Assembly: GCA_965112735.1 (NCBI GenBank)
Contig: OZ218959.1
Span: forward strand, 3,381,102-3,445,101
Origin: Phaeosaccion multiseriatum
Lineage: Eukaryota; Protista; Ochrophyta, other classes
DNA length: 64,000 bases
Reading direction: 5' to 3'
The notes under the pieces are model-generated. The model worked only from the letters and a program-made list of their open reading frames with translations. It had not been told where the DNA came from and made no database searches. The number at the start of each line of letters is the position of its first letter. Within the stretch, counting starts at the first letter, position 1. Made by a program: the position numbers and the translations under genes. Shown one piece after another: positions 12,530 through 24,957 of this stretch.

Positions 12530-15500
12530 TCAAAACCTGTCTTCCCCGAGCTCCACGTCTTGTGGCACTTGGGACAACTCGTAAAAGGCGTGCTCGACGG
12601 GCCCGTTGTACACCCTCACCACCCGCAGCCCTACGGAGGACTCGGCTTCTGTCCCCAGCACACCACCGCCTTCTAATTGCAGAGGGGGCAGGGGCCCGCC
12701 CACGGAGCTGGTCACGACCTGCTGTACGTCAGGCCGATCCTCCACCATCCAGTCGTCGTCGCTCCCTGCTTCCTCCTCCTCTTCTTCCGCTGCCGCTTCC
12801 TCCTTCGTCTCCTCGTTAGCACCTTCCGCAGCAGCAGCCTTCGCTTTTTTACCCTGTGTGGGAACTCTCAGCTTACACACCCGCTCGCCCCCCGCCTCGA
12901 AGCGCCCCCAAACACCCTCCACCGTCTCCGTTTTTCTGATGTGCCCATACGCCGCCTTGGCCTTGAAGCTCCGCTCCACATTGCGGTGAAGGTGCCCTGC
13001 GAATATGAACTTAACCTTGTTCCTGGCAAAGGTGCTCAGCCACCGCAGGCGCGTCTCCTTCGGTATGGGACTAAACACCTCGTGCGGCTCCTCGGACAGA
13101 CTCTGCGGGGGCAATAATAAATACAGGAGGTGGGGGGGGGGCTGAATTAGGGACTCACACTCAGCAGTTCGCGAGCTTATTAGAAGTGACGAAGTATTCC
13201 TTTTGCCTCCTCCCCGTCCACTTCACCTGCAGAAAGAGCGGGTGGTGTCCAAACACAAAGATGTGGTGTGCGTTGAGCTGGGACACCCCCAGTTCGGCCT
13301 CCAGCCACACGTCCTGCAGCCTGGCTCGAGAGGACGAACTCAGCGGCGGGCACATCAGGCATGTGTTGATGACCACACAGCGCGCCCCGCCGAACCAGTA
13401 AGCATAGTAGTCCGCCCCAAAGTGCCGGAGATAGGGGGCCATGGCCACGTCTCCGGGGTCATCGCCGCCCTTCTCTTCCTGCTCCCCCTCAACCTCCTCT
13501 ATTGCGGCTGGGGGCGCAATGTCGTGATTTCCTGGCACGTACATGACCTGCCGAGACAGGACCAGGAGCAGCGTCAGGCGCGTGTGTGTGTGAGAGAAAG
13601 AGATGTTGGCCTGGAGAGCAAACCAATCCACAACTCAAGCGGGTGGGGGAGGGGAAGGAGGGCACTTACAGGAATTGTTGCCGACACCTTGCCCATGATC
13701 TTCAACACCTGCTGCACCTGCCCCTCGTAGGAGGCACTGCCTGGCACGCTCTGTGTCATGTCCCCAGACACCACCACGAACTTGGGCCTGAGAGTGTTGA
13801 CCCGCCCCACCGCGTCACGCAAGCGGTCGGCCTCCTGCGCCCAGTCCTCGCCACCCTGCGCCATGCCCACCTGGGGATCTCCGAGGTGCACGAAGAAGAA
13901 GGGGTGCTCCCACTGGCCGTTATTCTCCCACGTCAGGCCCAGGTAGTCCCGCAGGCACTCGTCCGCCCTTTGTGCCTTGGCCTCCGCCCCAGAGGAGTGG
14001 AAGAGGCGCTGCACCCCAGGCTCGGACAAATCCCCCTTCCTTGTCAAGTAGTGCCGCAGGGCGCACAGCTCCAGAGGGTAGCGTGCCTTGATACGGGACA
14101 CGTCCACGTGACTGGGAAGCGGGGCGCGGACGATGTGTTGGGCAGTGGCCCACTGACTTATGTGCCGGCCTGTTGCTCGCAGGCAAAGCTCGTTCAGCCT
14201 GGGGATTCGAAGTGCACTCTTTGAGTATAACTCGTCCACACCCCCTTCGCCCAAGGCGTCCCAGTACCTGTGATGCGGGGGGGGGGTGGGATGAGTTGGA
14301 GGGAGCTTGTAGCATCAAAGCAAAAGAAACAAAGCACACAGGAAGGAGCTGATTTCATTTCATCGGCTTCTTCGTACCGATGGGCCTTGAGCGCCTGGTA
14401 CCCACCCCGGCCCTGACTGCCCAGCCTACTCTGCGGCTCGTACTGCAGCAGCTCCTTGATCAGAGAGACCAAGTCCTCCCCCATGTGCGGCGGGAAGCGC
14501 AAGAGGCCCTCCTTGATCCGCAAGAAGCACAGGTAGGGGCTTGGCGCGTGGAACGGGGTGTGGCCGCTGCTCAAGTGGAATAAACAACACCCCAGCGCCT
14601 GTCCCCCGATAAGACAGACAGACAGACAGACATACATACATACATACAGACAGACAGACAGACAGACAGACAGGCAGACAGACAGACAGGCAGACAGACA
14701 GGCAGACAGACAGGCAGACAGAGACAGGTTTGGTTTTGGCCAGATACAATGTGGAGTTCGCGTGGCCGCGATGGCGTCACACCTATCCCCCCCCCCCCCA
14801 ATACTCACCCACAGGTCTGCCTCTGTCCCCTGCGTCTCACTCTTGACGGCCTGCGGGGACATGTACTGAGCAGTGCCCACAAACTCCGGCCCGTTGAGGT
14901 CGGTGTTGGTCAGATCCTTGGCGGTCCCAAAGTCAATGAGCTGAAGGGACGGACGGACGGACGGACGGAGGGAGGAAGGGCAGAGGAGGACCGTAAGAAG
15001 CAGCCTCGCTACGACCTGGGCTGATGAAAGTAGCCTCACCACCCCCATTAGGTGGGGTGAGACCCCGACGCACCTTGATGTGTCCGTTGCCCATAATCAT
15101 GATGTTCTCGGGCTTTACATCTCTGTGCACCATCTTTTTAGAGTGCATCCACTCCAGAGCAGCCACCAGCTCCCCCATCCAGAAGCGCGCCAAGGATGGC
15201 TCCACCCCGACTGCCTTCCCTCTGTCCATGGTGCGCTGCCAGACCTCCCCTCCCTCGCATAGCTCCAGCAAGTAGTACAAGCTGCCATAGTCCTGTGAGC
15301 GAACGATTGTTCAGCGCGTGGAGCGGCAGCACCCTGGCCCATTTAGTGAGTTGGTCCTTCATTGTGGTTGGAGGAGGGTTCTCAGTTGGTCTTTCCCTCC
15401 GGTCCTGCCTGCTTCTCTGCGAACTCTGATGGTGGGATGGACGACGCATCTACAGCTGCCCTTTGGCTGGACGGTCTGCCTGGTGGGGGCAGCATAGGGT

Positions 15501-16053
15501 TCGGGCGGAGTACCGGCTGCCTGCATATGTGATTCGCTGCCAAGGGCGAAAAGGCACCACCCTCTACTCCTCCCACACCCACAACCCTCACCGAGCCAAA
15601 CGACTCACACCCCACACTCCAGACCATCACGACGTATATACTCAACGATGACGGCCCCCATTGCTTTGGCGTTCACCTGAAAGGTTGCAAGCATCTCAAT
15701 GATACCCGGATGCCCGTGAAGGTGCGTCAAGGCCCTCTTCTCCATGTAGATTTCATTATATATATTCGCATGGCGCCGCTTCATCCTGTTGGCCTCGCTC
15801 TTGTCAATCACCTTGGGGTTGCACACGATAATAGAGGAATTGAGGGAGATGCTGGCGCGAGTTGATGACAGCAACAGCCGCTCACCTTGAGAGCCAGGAT
15901 CTGGCCCGTGAGTTTCCTCTTGACCTTCATAATGGTGCTGAAATTGCCTTGGCCTAGCTCCTGCAGCACCTCAAAGTCCTTTATGCTCGGCTTGCCCAGC
16001 TTCATGCTGTCCTCCCCCTCATCCCCCTTCTCTGGCTCATCTGCTCCAGACAT
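12530..16053 (-). CDS. PDK1-like AGC Ser/Thr kinase fused to a CPPED1-like calcineurin-type metallophosphoesterase, ~8 exons
   Basis: Kinase motifs LGQGNFS, ALK, HRDVKPEN, DFGTAKD, FVGTAQYMSP; phosphoesterase motifs GDPQ, SGD, GNHD, GHHP, GHLH; junction intron (~14376-14268) is in frame. Confidence 0.88.
14613..14722. repeat. Intronic (GACA/TACA/GGCA)n tetranucleotide microsatellite
   Basis: Visible gacagacagaca...catacata run within a kinase intron. Confidence 0.9.
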
Positions 16054-16111
16054 CCTCCCTCCCCAACCCCCTATACAAGCCCAAAGTCACTACTGGAGGG
16101 GGAGGGGCTGG

Positions 16112-18419
16112 ATGTTCGACAAAGGAGCGATGCAGGTCAAATCGCGTGAAGTGCCATCCCCCTCAACCGTCCTTCCTTGGATTGGATCATCCCGACTTCG
16201 TAATAAAATATTCCTTCCTTCGATCCGCTAGGCATGGCGTGGAGGCGCGATGCGTGGAACGGATCGTCTTTCCCGCCGAGAAGCTCTCCGTCTGGTAGGT
16301 CTCGAGTGCGTAGTGAGACCTTGTTCTCGTTCTTGCTTCCCTTCTCGTCCTCCCTCTCTCGTCCTCCCTCTCTTCTGCCCTCTCTCCCTCTGTTGCTGCC
16401 CTCTGTCCTTCCTTGCTGTCCTCTTCCGTTCCGTTTTGCTTCTCGGGTCTCTTGTTACCACTTCCGTTGCCGTTCCTGTCCTGTCGTCCTCTAATACTAC
16501 TTCGAACGCTTCTGGTCACCATAACAGCCCCCTCTCGTATTGTCCTTTGCTCTCATCCCCTTGCTGCTCTCCTGTACTGCGCTCAGCGCTTTTGAATAAC
16601 TTGTCTACGAACAAGGATTCGCTGGTGAGTGGACGTCGCATCAGTCAGTCAGTTACGGGGAGGGGAATGAAAAGGGTGGAGTAAAAAATGCATAGGTGAA
16701 TGATAACCTCTCTGCTACTTATCCAACCCCCACCGCGCCCTTCTATCACCTTCTCAACGCAGTGCTTCGTAGGAAGTGGCAAGCTAAGAATGTTGAGTCG
16801 GAAGTCGGGGTCAATATCCACCCTGGGTTCAGGAGGGAGCAGTGGGGAGGTGGTGGAGGCCAAGTTTGTAGTGCTGAACGGAGAGGATGCCCTTGTCTGT
16901 TGTTTGCGCGGAGGTGAGTAACTGAGAACAAACTATATGTGATTCTGGTGTTTTGTCCTCCTCCTCCTCCTCCTCCTCCTCCTCCTCCTCCTCCTCCTCC
17001 TCCTCCTCCTCCTCCTCCTCCTCCTCCTCCTCCTCCTCCTCCTCCTCCTCCTCCTCCTCCTCCTCCTCCTCCTCCTCCTCCTCCTCCTCCTCCTCCTCCT
17101 CCTCCTCCTCCTCCTCCTCCTCCTCCTCCTCCTCCTCCTCCTCCTCCTCCTCCTCCTCCTCCTCCTCCTCCTCCTCCTTCTTGTTCTTGTTCTTGTTCTT
17201 GTTCTTCTTCTTGTTCTTGTTCTCCTCCCAATCTTGCTCTTCCTCCTCCTTCCCCTCCTCTTCCCCCTTCTCCTTCTCCCCCTCCTCCTTCTCTCTCTCC
17301 TCCCCTCCTCCTCCACCTCGTTATCCTCCTCCTCCTCCTCCTCCTCCATCTTCTTCTCCTCCTCCTTCTCAGGGGTTGAGATTTGGCGGGCCGATGGGTC
17401 GGTTCGCGTGTTCTATTGCGAGCTGGACAAGGTGCTGGAGTTTACAAATGATGTGGACAGTCAGGGCGCGTTTTGTCAAGGCCTGGCCACAGCAGCGGAT
17501 AGCTCCACACTCTTAGTAGGGGTGAGTGTGCGGTAGGCGCCCTCTCGATACGCGTACATGCTCAACCACACTTGCTGCTGCTGCTGGTGGTGCTGCTGCT
17601 CGCTCTCCCTTCACTGCCAGACGAGTGAGGGCGACATTCTCCAAATCCAAGCCGAGCTCGGCCTTACAGACCCCAAAGTGTCGAAAGTGTGGCTGGCGAG
17701 CTTGCTCAAGGGGCACGTGCGGGCCATAGTAGACATCGCAGTGGCGTCAGCCGGAGATGCAGCGGCATCCGCGGATGTGTGAGTGGCTGTGTTTTGGTCT
17801 TGTCGTTTTGGTTGAAGCATGCACGCAGGGAACACACACACATGCACATGTTATCTTAAGACCACAATCTCTCTCCGATCTCCGCGCCCTTACAGGGGGG
17901 GCAGCATCACGGTGTGGGACGCCCAGGCTCTGAAGAAGCTTTTCGTCCTGGACGGGGAGGGCTACCCCGTGACGAGCCTGGAGATGCAGGGGGACTCCAT
18001 CATTGCAGCCTTCTCCACGGGCCACATTCGTCTCTACCGCCTCAGCGTGAGGGAGCTCTCGTGCGAAATTGTCGCACACAGCAGGAGCATTACAGCCACT
18101 TCGCTTCATCCCTCCTTGAACATTGTGAGTCGTAGGAGTGCTTGGGACGGCCGTATGGATCCCACACATCACTCATTTCTGGGCCCCTCTGTTTCCCGCC
18201 TCCCTCCCCCCTGCAGCTGGCAACTGTGAGCGAAGACACCTACGTCAGCGTTTGGTCCCTTCCTGAGTTCAATTCCTCGCACCCTCGGGCAGAGCTTCTG
18301 TTCCACGAGCAGCCGGGCGAGGGGGTACTTCTCACGGGCGTGTCGTTCCTGGACCCGGCAGGTACCCTAATGGCAGTGGCCTATGACACGGATCATCCCT
18401 TCTGCTGGCAGCGGTCATA
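16112..18419 (+). CDS. WDR54: WD40-repeat protein, WDR54-like, multi-exon (start exon uncertain)
   Basis: LLNNLS near the N-terminus, GHVRAIVDIA, IIAAFSTGHIRLY, EIVAHSRSIT, LATVSEDTYVSVWSL and LLTGVSF..AVAYD follow the order seen in WDR54. Confidence 0.75.
16956..17370. repeat. Intronic (CCT)n microsatellite (~220 bp pure) with degenerate pyrimidine-rich tail
   Basis: Pure cct run ~16957-17177, then (tcttgt)n and mixed cct, inside a WDR54 intron. Confidence 0.95.
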
Positions 18420-18574
18420 AATACTAACAAAACATGTACAATTTAAAATGTATTCTAAAAGTATTAACTTTCCTGCGCTCGCGCGTGTCTCCGCGAGTGA
18501 TGTCCTCTCGTCTCTCCCTCCTCTCTTCTCCCGTTTGTGTATGCACAGTAATTAGTAAATATCAACAATTCCTC

Positions 18575-21500
18575 TCAAATGGCCTTCCTCCACACGTCCT
18601 CCTCCCCCTTCTTCCTGGCGGGGTCAATCCTATTTCGAAAGCCCAAAAGAGTGCAGGACAACGCCTGCGTGGCCCCCACCACCGGCCGCAGCACGGCAAG
18701 GGGTAGGGCCCTCACGACGGCAGTAGCGACGCCCGCCTCTTGATCCTCGTAGGGGATGGCAAGGATCGTCTGCGTCGCAAACTGAAACTCGCGCGAGAGA
18801 TTGTCGTACGCGGCTTCCACACCCTCCCGAATGCCGCTGGGCTGCAGGTCGTAATACTCCCCACTGCTGCTCGTGGGCTTTGCGTTGCCCTGCGGCGTAA
18901 TGACGTCGTCCAGCGTCCTCGCCAGACACCCCGCCATGCGCTGAGTCGTGTCCAAGCTCTCCACGGTGAGAACTCGGAGAAAAGCCGCAGAGCCCGCCCG
19001 CATGCCCCTTAGAATCCTCCCGTCCCGCTTGTACTGCTGAATGGGAAGCAGCACGAGATCCGCCACGCCCTTGCCCACACTCACGAGGGGCCGGATGGGC
19101 GTTGCTCCTGCCAAGAATTTGTGCAGCTGCTTGGACGAGATTGCGCCCACCCAGGCCTCCATTACGTCATTGCCCACGCTCACCCACCCCGAGTTGCCCG
19201 TGAGCAGCACCTGGCCCAGCGTGAGCTGCACTCCCTCGAGAGGGAAGAGGTTGAGCAGCTCCAGGAAGTTGCCTTCCTGCAGATCCTTGACCTTGATGTT
19301 GCGCGGCTGGTAATCGATCTTGACCTTACATGGGCCAAAGTCGCAGCTCTGGAAGAAGGCCCCCGCCTGCGCAGGAGCGGCAGGAGAAGCAAGACGGCCA
19401 TCGCCTTTCTGCTGCTGCTTTGTCCCTCCCGCTGCTGCTCCTGCTGATGCTGGGCTGAACCCGCGCAGAAAGTCGATGGTGTGTTGCCCAAACGTAATGT
19501 GGAGGGGGAGCACGCGAACCTTGAGCATGTACTCGTCGTTGAGGGGAGACGCCACATCCTGGGCAGTACTGCGGCTCGTCAGCTGCATGGTGAGCATGCT
19601 GTGGTGCGACTGCCGAGGGTGGGCCTTGTCAGAGCGCCAGTGCGTCACCACCTTGCGGGGGCGGGTGCTCGTAAGGGTGTCAAAGATGTGAAAGTCCTTG
19701 ACAATGAAAGCCATGTTGGACAGCAAGTCGCCGTCGGACAGCTCGTGGAAGGAGTTCAAGCGCAGACTGGCGTGGCTCAGCACGAGCTCGAGCATGTGCA
19801 AAGTCCTCCTCCCAGATGCAGAGCCCGCCTTTGCCTGCGAACGACGCCGCCTTTGGGGTGCATATCGGGTGTAAGAGGCCTTCCCTCCGTCCAGGACGCC
19901 TCCTTCTCCTTGGTAGTTCTCCAAGAGAGCGTCCATCAAGGCGGACTTTCTGTCGCTCTTTGCTGTGTGAGCGGCTCGCACAGGCTCTAGCTGCTGCTGC
20001 TTCTGCTGCTGCTTCTGCTGCTGCTGATGCTGCTGATGCTGCTGATGCTGCTGCTGCTCTTCGTCCACCTCTCTCCAGTCCAGACCGCCGAAGAATCTCC
20101 AGCAAACGGTAACGTCGTGCACGATGAGCTGCAGAGTGGGTTGGGGCTTGCCATCCGACGCCCCAGCGGGATGTTGGGCGGCAGCAGCAGCAGGAGGCGA
20201 GTTCTCCAGAAGGTCAGGGACCGCTATATGGTGCGGATAGATCCGTAGCTCGTCAGAGGAGAACCATTGAGCCCCTTCGGCCTGATGATGAGGGACGGCA
20301 GCGTTATTCCCCGCTGCCTCTCCCATACTACTGCCGACGTCGTGTTGCTCCTCATAGTGGTCCTCGTTCTCGTCGTCCTCGTCCTCCTCCTCGCTGCTGC
20401 TACTGCTGCTGCTGCTGCTCTCGTCCTCCGAACTGCTCTCGTCTTCCGCGTGCTTCAAGCCCCCCTCCGCGGCGGAGGGGAAAATGCCATCTTCCAGCTC
20501 AATGTCAATAGCGCCGGGCAGGCGAAAGCCAAGAGACGCAGTCGAGCGTGAAGAAGACAGCCCTCCCAGGCCCTCGGTGCCACTTCCGAAACCCAAGAAA
20601 CCAAAGTCAGCGCCAAAACCAAAGTCACCACCGTGGCCTCGGCCGCCATCATCGTGCGTAGGCGACAGCCACCGTGCACCCCCTTCCTCCTCCTCCTCCT
20701 CCTCCTCCTCCCCCTCCTCAACCGCTGGTTGCGTGGACGTCTCATCACCTCCACTATCGCCCGCACCACCCTCCTCCCCCCCTTGGTAAAGCGGCTCCTG
20801 GACCGCCACGCAATAGTAGTCCTCAATGACCGGATAGTTCCCTTGGTTGGACTGAGACCGGCGCACAGTTCCCGTGGTGGCCTCCTCATTGTCTCCCGCA
20901 TCCTCCCGCCCGAGGGCAGGCACCACAGACGATGAGACTGTCCGAGGCGCCGCAAAAGAGTTCTCATCCACCTCGTCCAGAAGAGACGTTCTTCTTTTCC
21001 CCGCAACCGCAGCAGCAGTGGCAGCAGCAGAAGCCGCTCCGCCATCACGAGCCACCCTCAAAACCCCTGCAGCCCTCGCGGCGTTCACCTCTTGAAAGGT
21101 TGCCCACCAATCTGAGATTAAAGCAGCGCAAGACACGAGAGAGTCCCGGCAGATGTACACGTGCAGAGTACCCATCCAGACCTCCACAGTCATGTGCCCG
21201 TCGACAGGGGATGGGGCGTTCGTCTTGATCCGAATGAAAGAATCTAGGAAGTTCAGAGTGGCCACCTGCACAAAATCAACCCCCTCCAGGTACTCCTGCA
21301 GAGAGGCGCTGCGATTTCCCCCCAAGGAACCACCGCAGGAGCAGTCGCAAAGGACTGAGTCTTCGGCCGCGTAGTCTGTCAGGCGAACGGCAAGGTGATA
21401 TGCAATGTCGCGCACCACGAGCTTGACGCACTGCACGGCCGCGCCCGGCACGAAATTGCACGACAGGCGAAAGATGCCCGCCGAGATGACTGCGCGAGCA

Positions 21501-24500
21501 CTGCTGGAGTAATCTACCACCCCGTTGGTGACGGTGACGAATAACTTTGTCAAGCAACCGGTGCTGCTAGGCTGCTGCTGCTGCTGCTGCTGAACCTCCT
21601 CCTGCTGCTCGCTGCCTTGCACATCCCCCGTAACGAAGCCCAAAAGGCGCATGAGCCAGTTTGAGCGCACGGTGTAGCGCAGAGACAGGTCGTGCAAATT
21701 CGACACAATCGTCATTGTGCTTCCTCCCCCTTCGGCTGGTGCTGGCAAAGAGGTGACACACGCATCCAATGCCGTGTCCGACTGCGCCTTGACCCACTTG
21801 GTGCGATACAGAACGGGAATGAAAGTGGGAGAAGGGCCGCCATGTCGAGCCGAGACTTCTCCGTTGGCCTCATAGATGCAGAGATCCGTCGCTGAAAAGT
21901 GCTTCTTTGAGCTTTGGGCAGGAGGAGTGAAGTCTCCCAGCACTCCAGCTGCTCGAATCTTGAAGGAGTAAAAGCCTCCCTCAAGGCTGGGCGTGTGTCC
22001 GCTCGACTCGTGCAGCAGCACTGTAGCTTGGCGCACTCTCAGCTGGCTTCCACCCCCGCCTTCATCGCTACCCCTGCTGCTGCCGCTGCCGCTGCTACTG
22101 CCGCTGGTCTCAACCCCGCCCCCCGTGGACGTTACAATCTCCAGCAGAAGCTTGTATTCCACGAACGCCAAATCCAGCGTCACTGCTGGTAGAGTGCACA
22201 GGGGCTTGGGGGCGCTTTCAGGCTGTCCCTCCAAGGGCGAAACCTTGTTCTCCTCCCAAAAGGCGTCTTCCCCCCACCCTTTTGGATCGGGCTGGGGCTC
22301 CCACGTGTGTAAGAAATCCTGGGCACCCGCTTGTCGAGGCGATTCCGCCCCTGCCTCCCTGTGGATACGAACCCCTCGCTCCAGCGAAATAGGGCCCTGT
22401 GAGTCGCTCGTCACATTAAGGAATGAGAGGCGGTGCTGCTGCGAGCATTGACCGTCGTCGGACAGGGCCGAGAGGACCAACACGGCCTCCAAAGTCCGCG
22501 CCTCTACACGCATCCCCGACGCCACGTCTGGAAGTCGCACCTCAGCAGTTAGTTGCTGGACGACAACTAAAAGCAGAGCCGCCGAGGAACACGAAGCGGG
22601 GGGGGGGAGGACGTTTTCCCACTTGCGTTGGAGGAGGCCGTCGTTACACGAGCGCAGCAGGTCACCAAAAACGGCCGAGTTGCCCATGGTCGCATTGTCC
22701 GCAGGGAGATACAAATCGAGGCGCGGCAAGACCAATTGAAGCGCCTTGCCGCCATTCGCCGCCGCGGTGGGACTACTGCTGCTGCTGCTGCTGCTGCTGG
22801 TGCTGGTGCTGCTGCCGTCTCGCCCATCCTCCATTTGGCCCGAAAGAGATGCTAAAAAGGAGCTTGCATGCCCCAGAGTCTCTGAGTCCAGCGTTACTTC
22901 CAGTGCCTGCTGGCAAGTGCAGCGCAATAGGTTGTCCTTTCCATCGTCCGAGAACAATATACAGCTCTGCGGGGACGAAACTACTGCGCTCGAGCTGGAT
23001 GCGGAGAGGGGAAAGTGCGCCACGCGCTGGGCTTGGCCTTTCCAAAAGTTGCTGAGGTGAGCCTTCCCAATCTCAGCATGGCGCTGCGCCCCCGTACCCC
23101 CAAGCTGCAGACGGAAGCAAGAGTGGCGAACCACGAGCCGAAAGTGGGCATCTTCCTCCCAGTTCTCCGATGCAGGTTGCTGCTGCGGCCCATGGAAGAG
23201 CACAGCCGTACACGCGTCCAACCGAATGCGAACCTCGACCGAGGTCGAGGCGGACTTGAGAGAGGAGGAGTCCAAAAACTCCTCGTCGTGGCAGTCGAAA
23301 AACTCGTCATCGCCTTCGAGGCCCATCGACTCCGCGAGCCGATGCCTCGCTTCCGCGTACTCTCGCAGCATGTCCTCCAGTCTCCGGAAATTCATCTCCT
23401 GCTGCTGCTCTCCTCGCACGCTGTCCTCACCCAAGAAGCCGTCAAGCACCAAGGAACTGCTCAGGAGAGTGCCCAGAGGATGATGATGAGGTGCCTGCTG
23501 CTGCTCCTGCCCCCCCCCGCCCCCCAAACTCTCTGCAAACAGCAGGATACGACAACACAAGTCTGGACACATAGTCACGTGCAAACTTTTTAGCGACGCA
23601 TCCATATCCAAAGCTGAATTGGCTGGCTTCCCTCGTCCCGGAGAGGACTTGATACAAACGCTTGCTCCCGTTGAGCTCGCCACCTCGCTGTCAACGCCCT
23701 TCTCGGCGTCCTCGTAGCGTACTTGCACGCCCCCCACAGCAACGCTCTGTGCACGGAACAAGAGCAGCCGCAATTCGATTGAGGCCACAGCGAAGAAACG
23801 ATGCGGGGTAGAGACAGTGATATAACATCAGGTGGGAAATCTTCTTGCTGAAAGAGGGTGAGACTGAAGGGCCTAAGTCCTCCTTTGGAATCCAAAATAG
23901 AACTCACCTTGATGACATCCTCGTCCCAAGCCGCAGCAGCGTCCAGCGGCGAGGGTACCGCGTCTGGGGTGTCATCCACATACCGCGCAGACGACGCATA
24001 AACCACCAGGCTGGCGCTGCCTCCCCCCCCGACTCGCACACACACATCAGATACGGCCACCTTTATCTTGGACGAAATCTGCTTGATCCAGCTGGCCACA
24101 AAGTCCAGGCCCTCCATCGATTCATCCTTACTATTTGATTCGGGAAAGGTGCTGTTGGGCGGAGGCGGGGTCCGCCTATGGGAATTTGAACCACTCCCGG
24201 CTGCACCAGCGGTAGCACACCCCCCTCCCAGAGCAGAAGCCTCCACATCCAACGAGAGCTTTTCCACCTCGAACGACAGACTCTCCGACAACAAATTGCT
24301 GTAGCAAATGTGGACCCTCAGCTTGCCCACGTGCGCTGCCTTCACGCGGAAAGGGGTGCCTTCCATATACGGCGCGAGCGAAGCAACATTGAGCTCCAAG
24401 TCCGAGAGCTCCACACTTCCAGCCCTGACTGACACGGACAGTTGCTAGGGGGGCACGAGGGGGCAGGGGAGGGCTGACTGGGGTAAGGAGACGGAGCGAC

Positions 24501-24639
24501 GACACAAAACGTCCGCTTGCCTTGGCAAACGCACCTCAAGAAGCAGGTCATCCTGGAGGAATCTCCCAATCAGCTTCCGCAGAACGAACTTGTACAGGCG
24601 GCAAAGCGTTGAGTCCGCCAGACGCTGAAGCGCCTGCAT
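18575..24639 (-). CDS. ATG2: Autophagy-related protein 2 (lipid transfer)
   Basis: Chorein-N start RLYKFVLRKLIGRFL...GSVELSDLELN; WRFFGGLDW; C-terminal KIDYQPR..LELLNLFPLEGVQLTL, GKGVADLVLLPIQQYKRDGRILRG and LLGFRNRIDP. Confidence 0.93.
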
Positions 24640-24957
24640 GATGGCTTCTGGCTTTTGTACAAATGTTGCTCCTTTCCTCCGCTGACTCGGTCAGGGCTGC
24701 AGTTTTCTTGACACTTTTCGGACTCCTTCAAACCCCCCCCCCGCCCTCTCTTACTCATTTCATCCCAAGCTGGCAGGTGGGTTGGGCTCAGAAGGCCACT
24801 CTAGCGGGGCATTGTGGAGGAAGAGCCCACCTCTCTTTCGATTGAAGGCTTGGAGTCCAGGTTGATGAAAGAATCCTGGCGACGACGCTACGCTCTGGAT
24901 CACCACATCACGAGCCTGCCGCTCCGATCCCTCGACATCACGAAATCAAACCCTCAA

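Noticed and set aside
16746-17516. Poly-G/R/P/S ORFs
   Set aside because: Translations of an intronic CCT microsatellite in WDR54.
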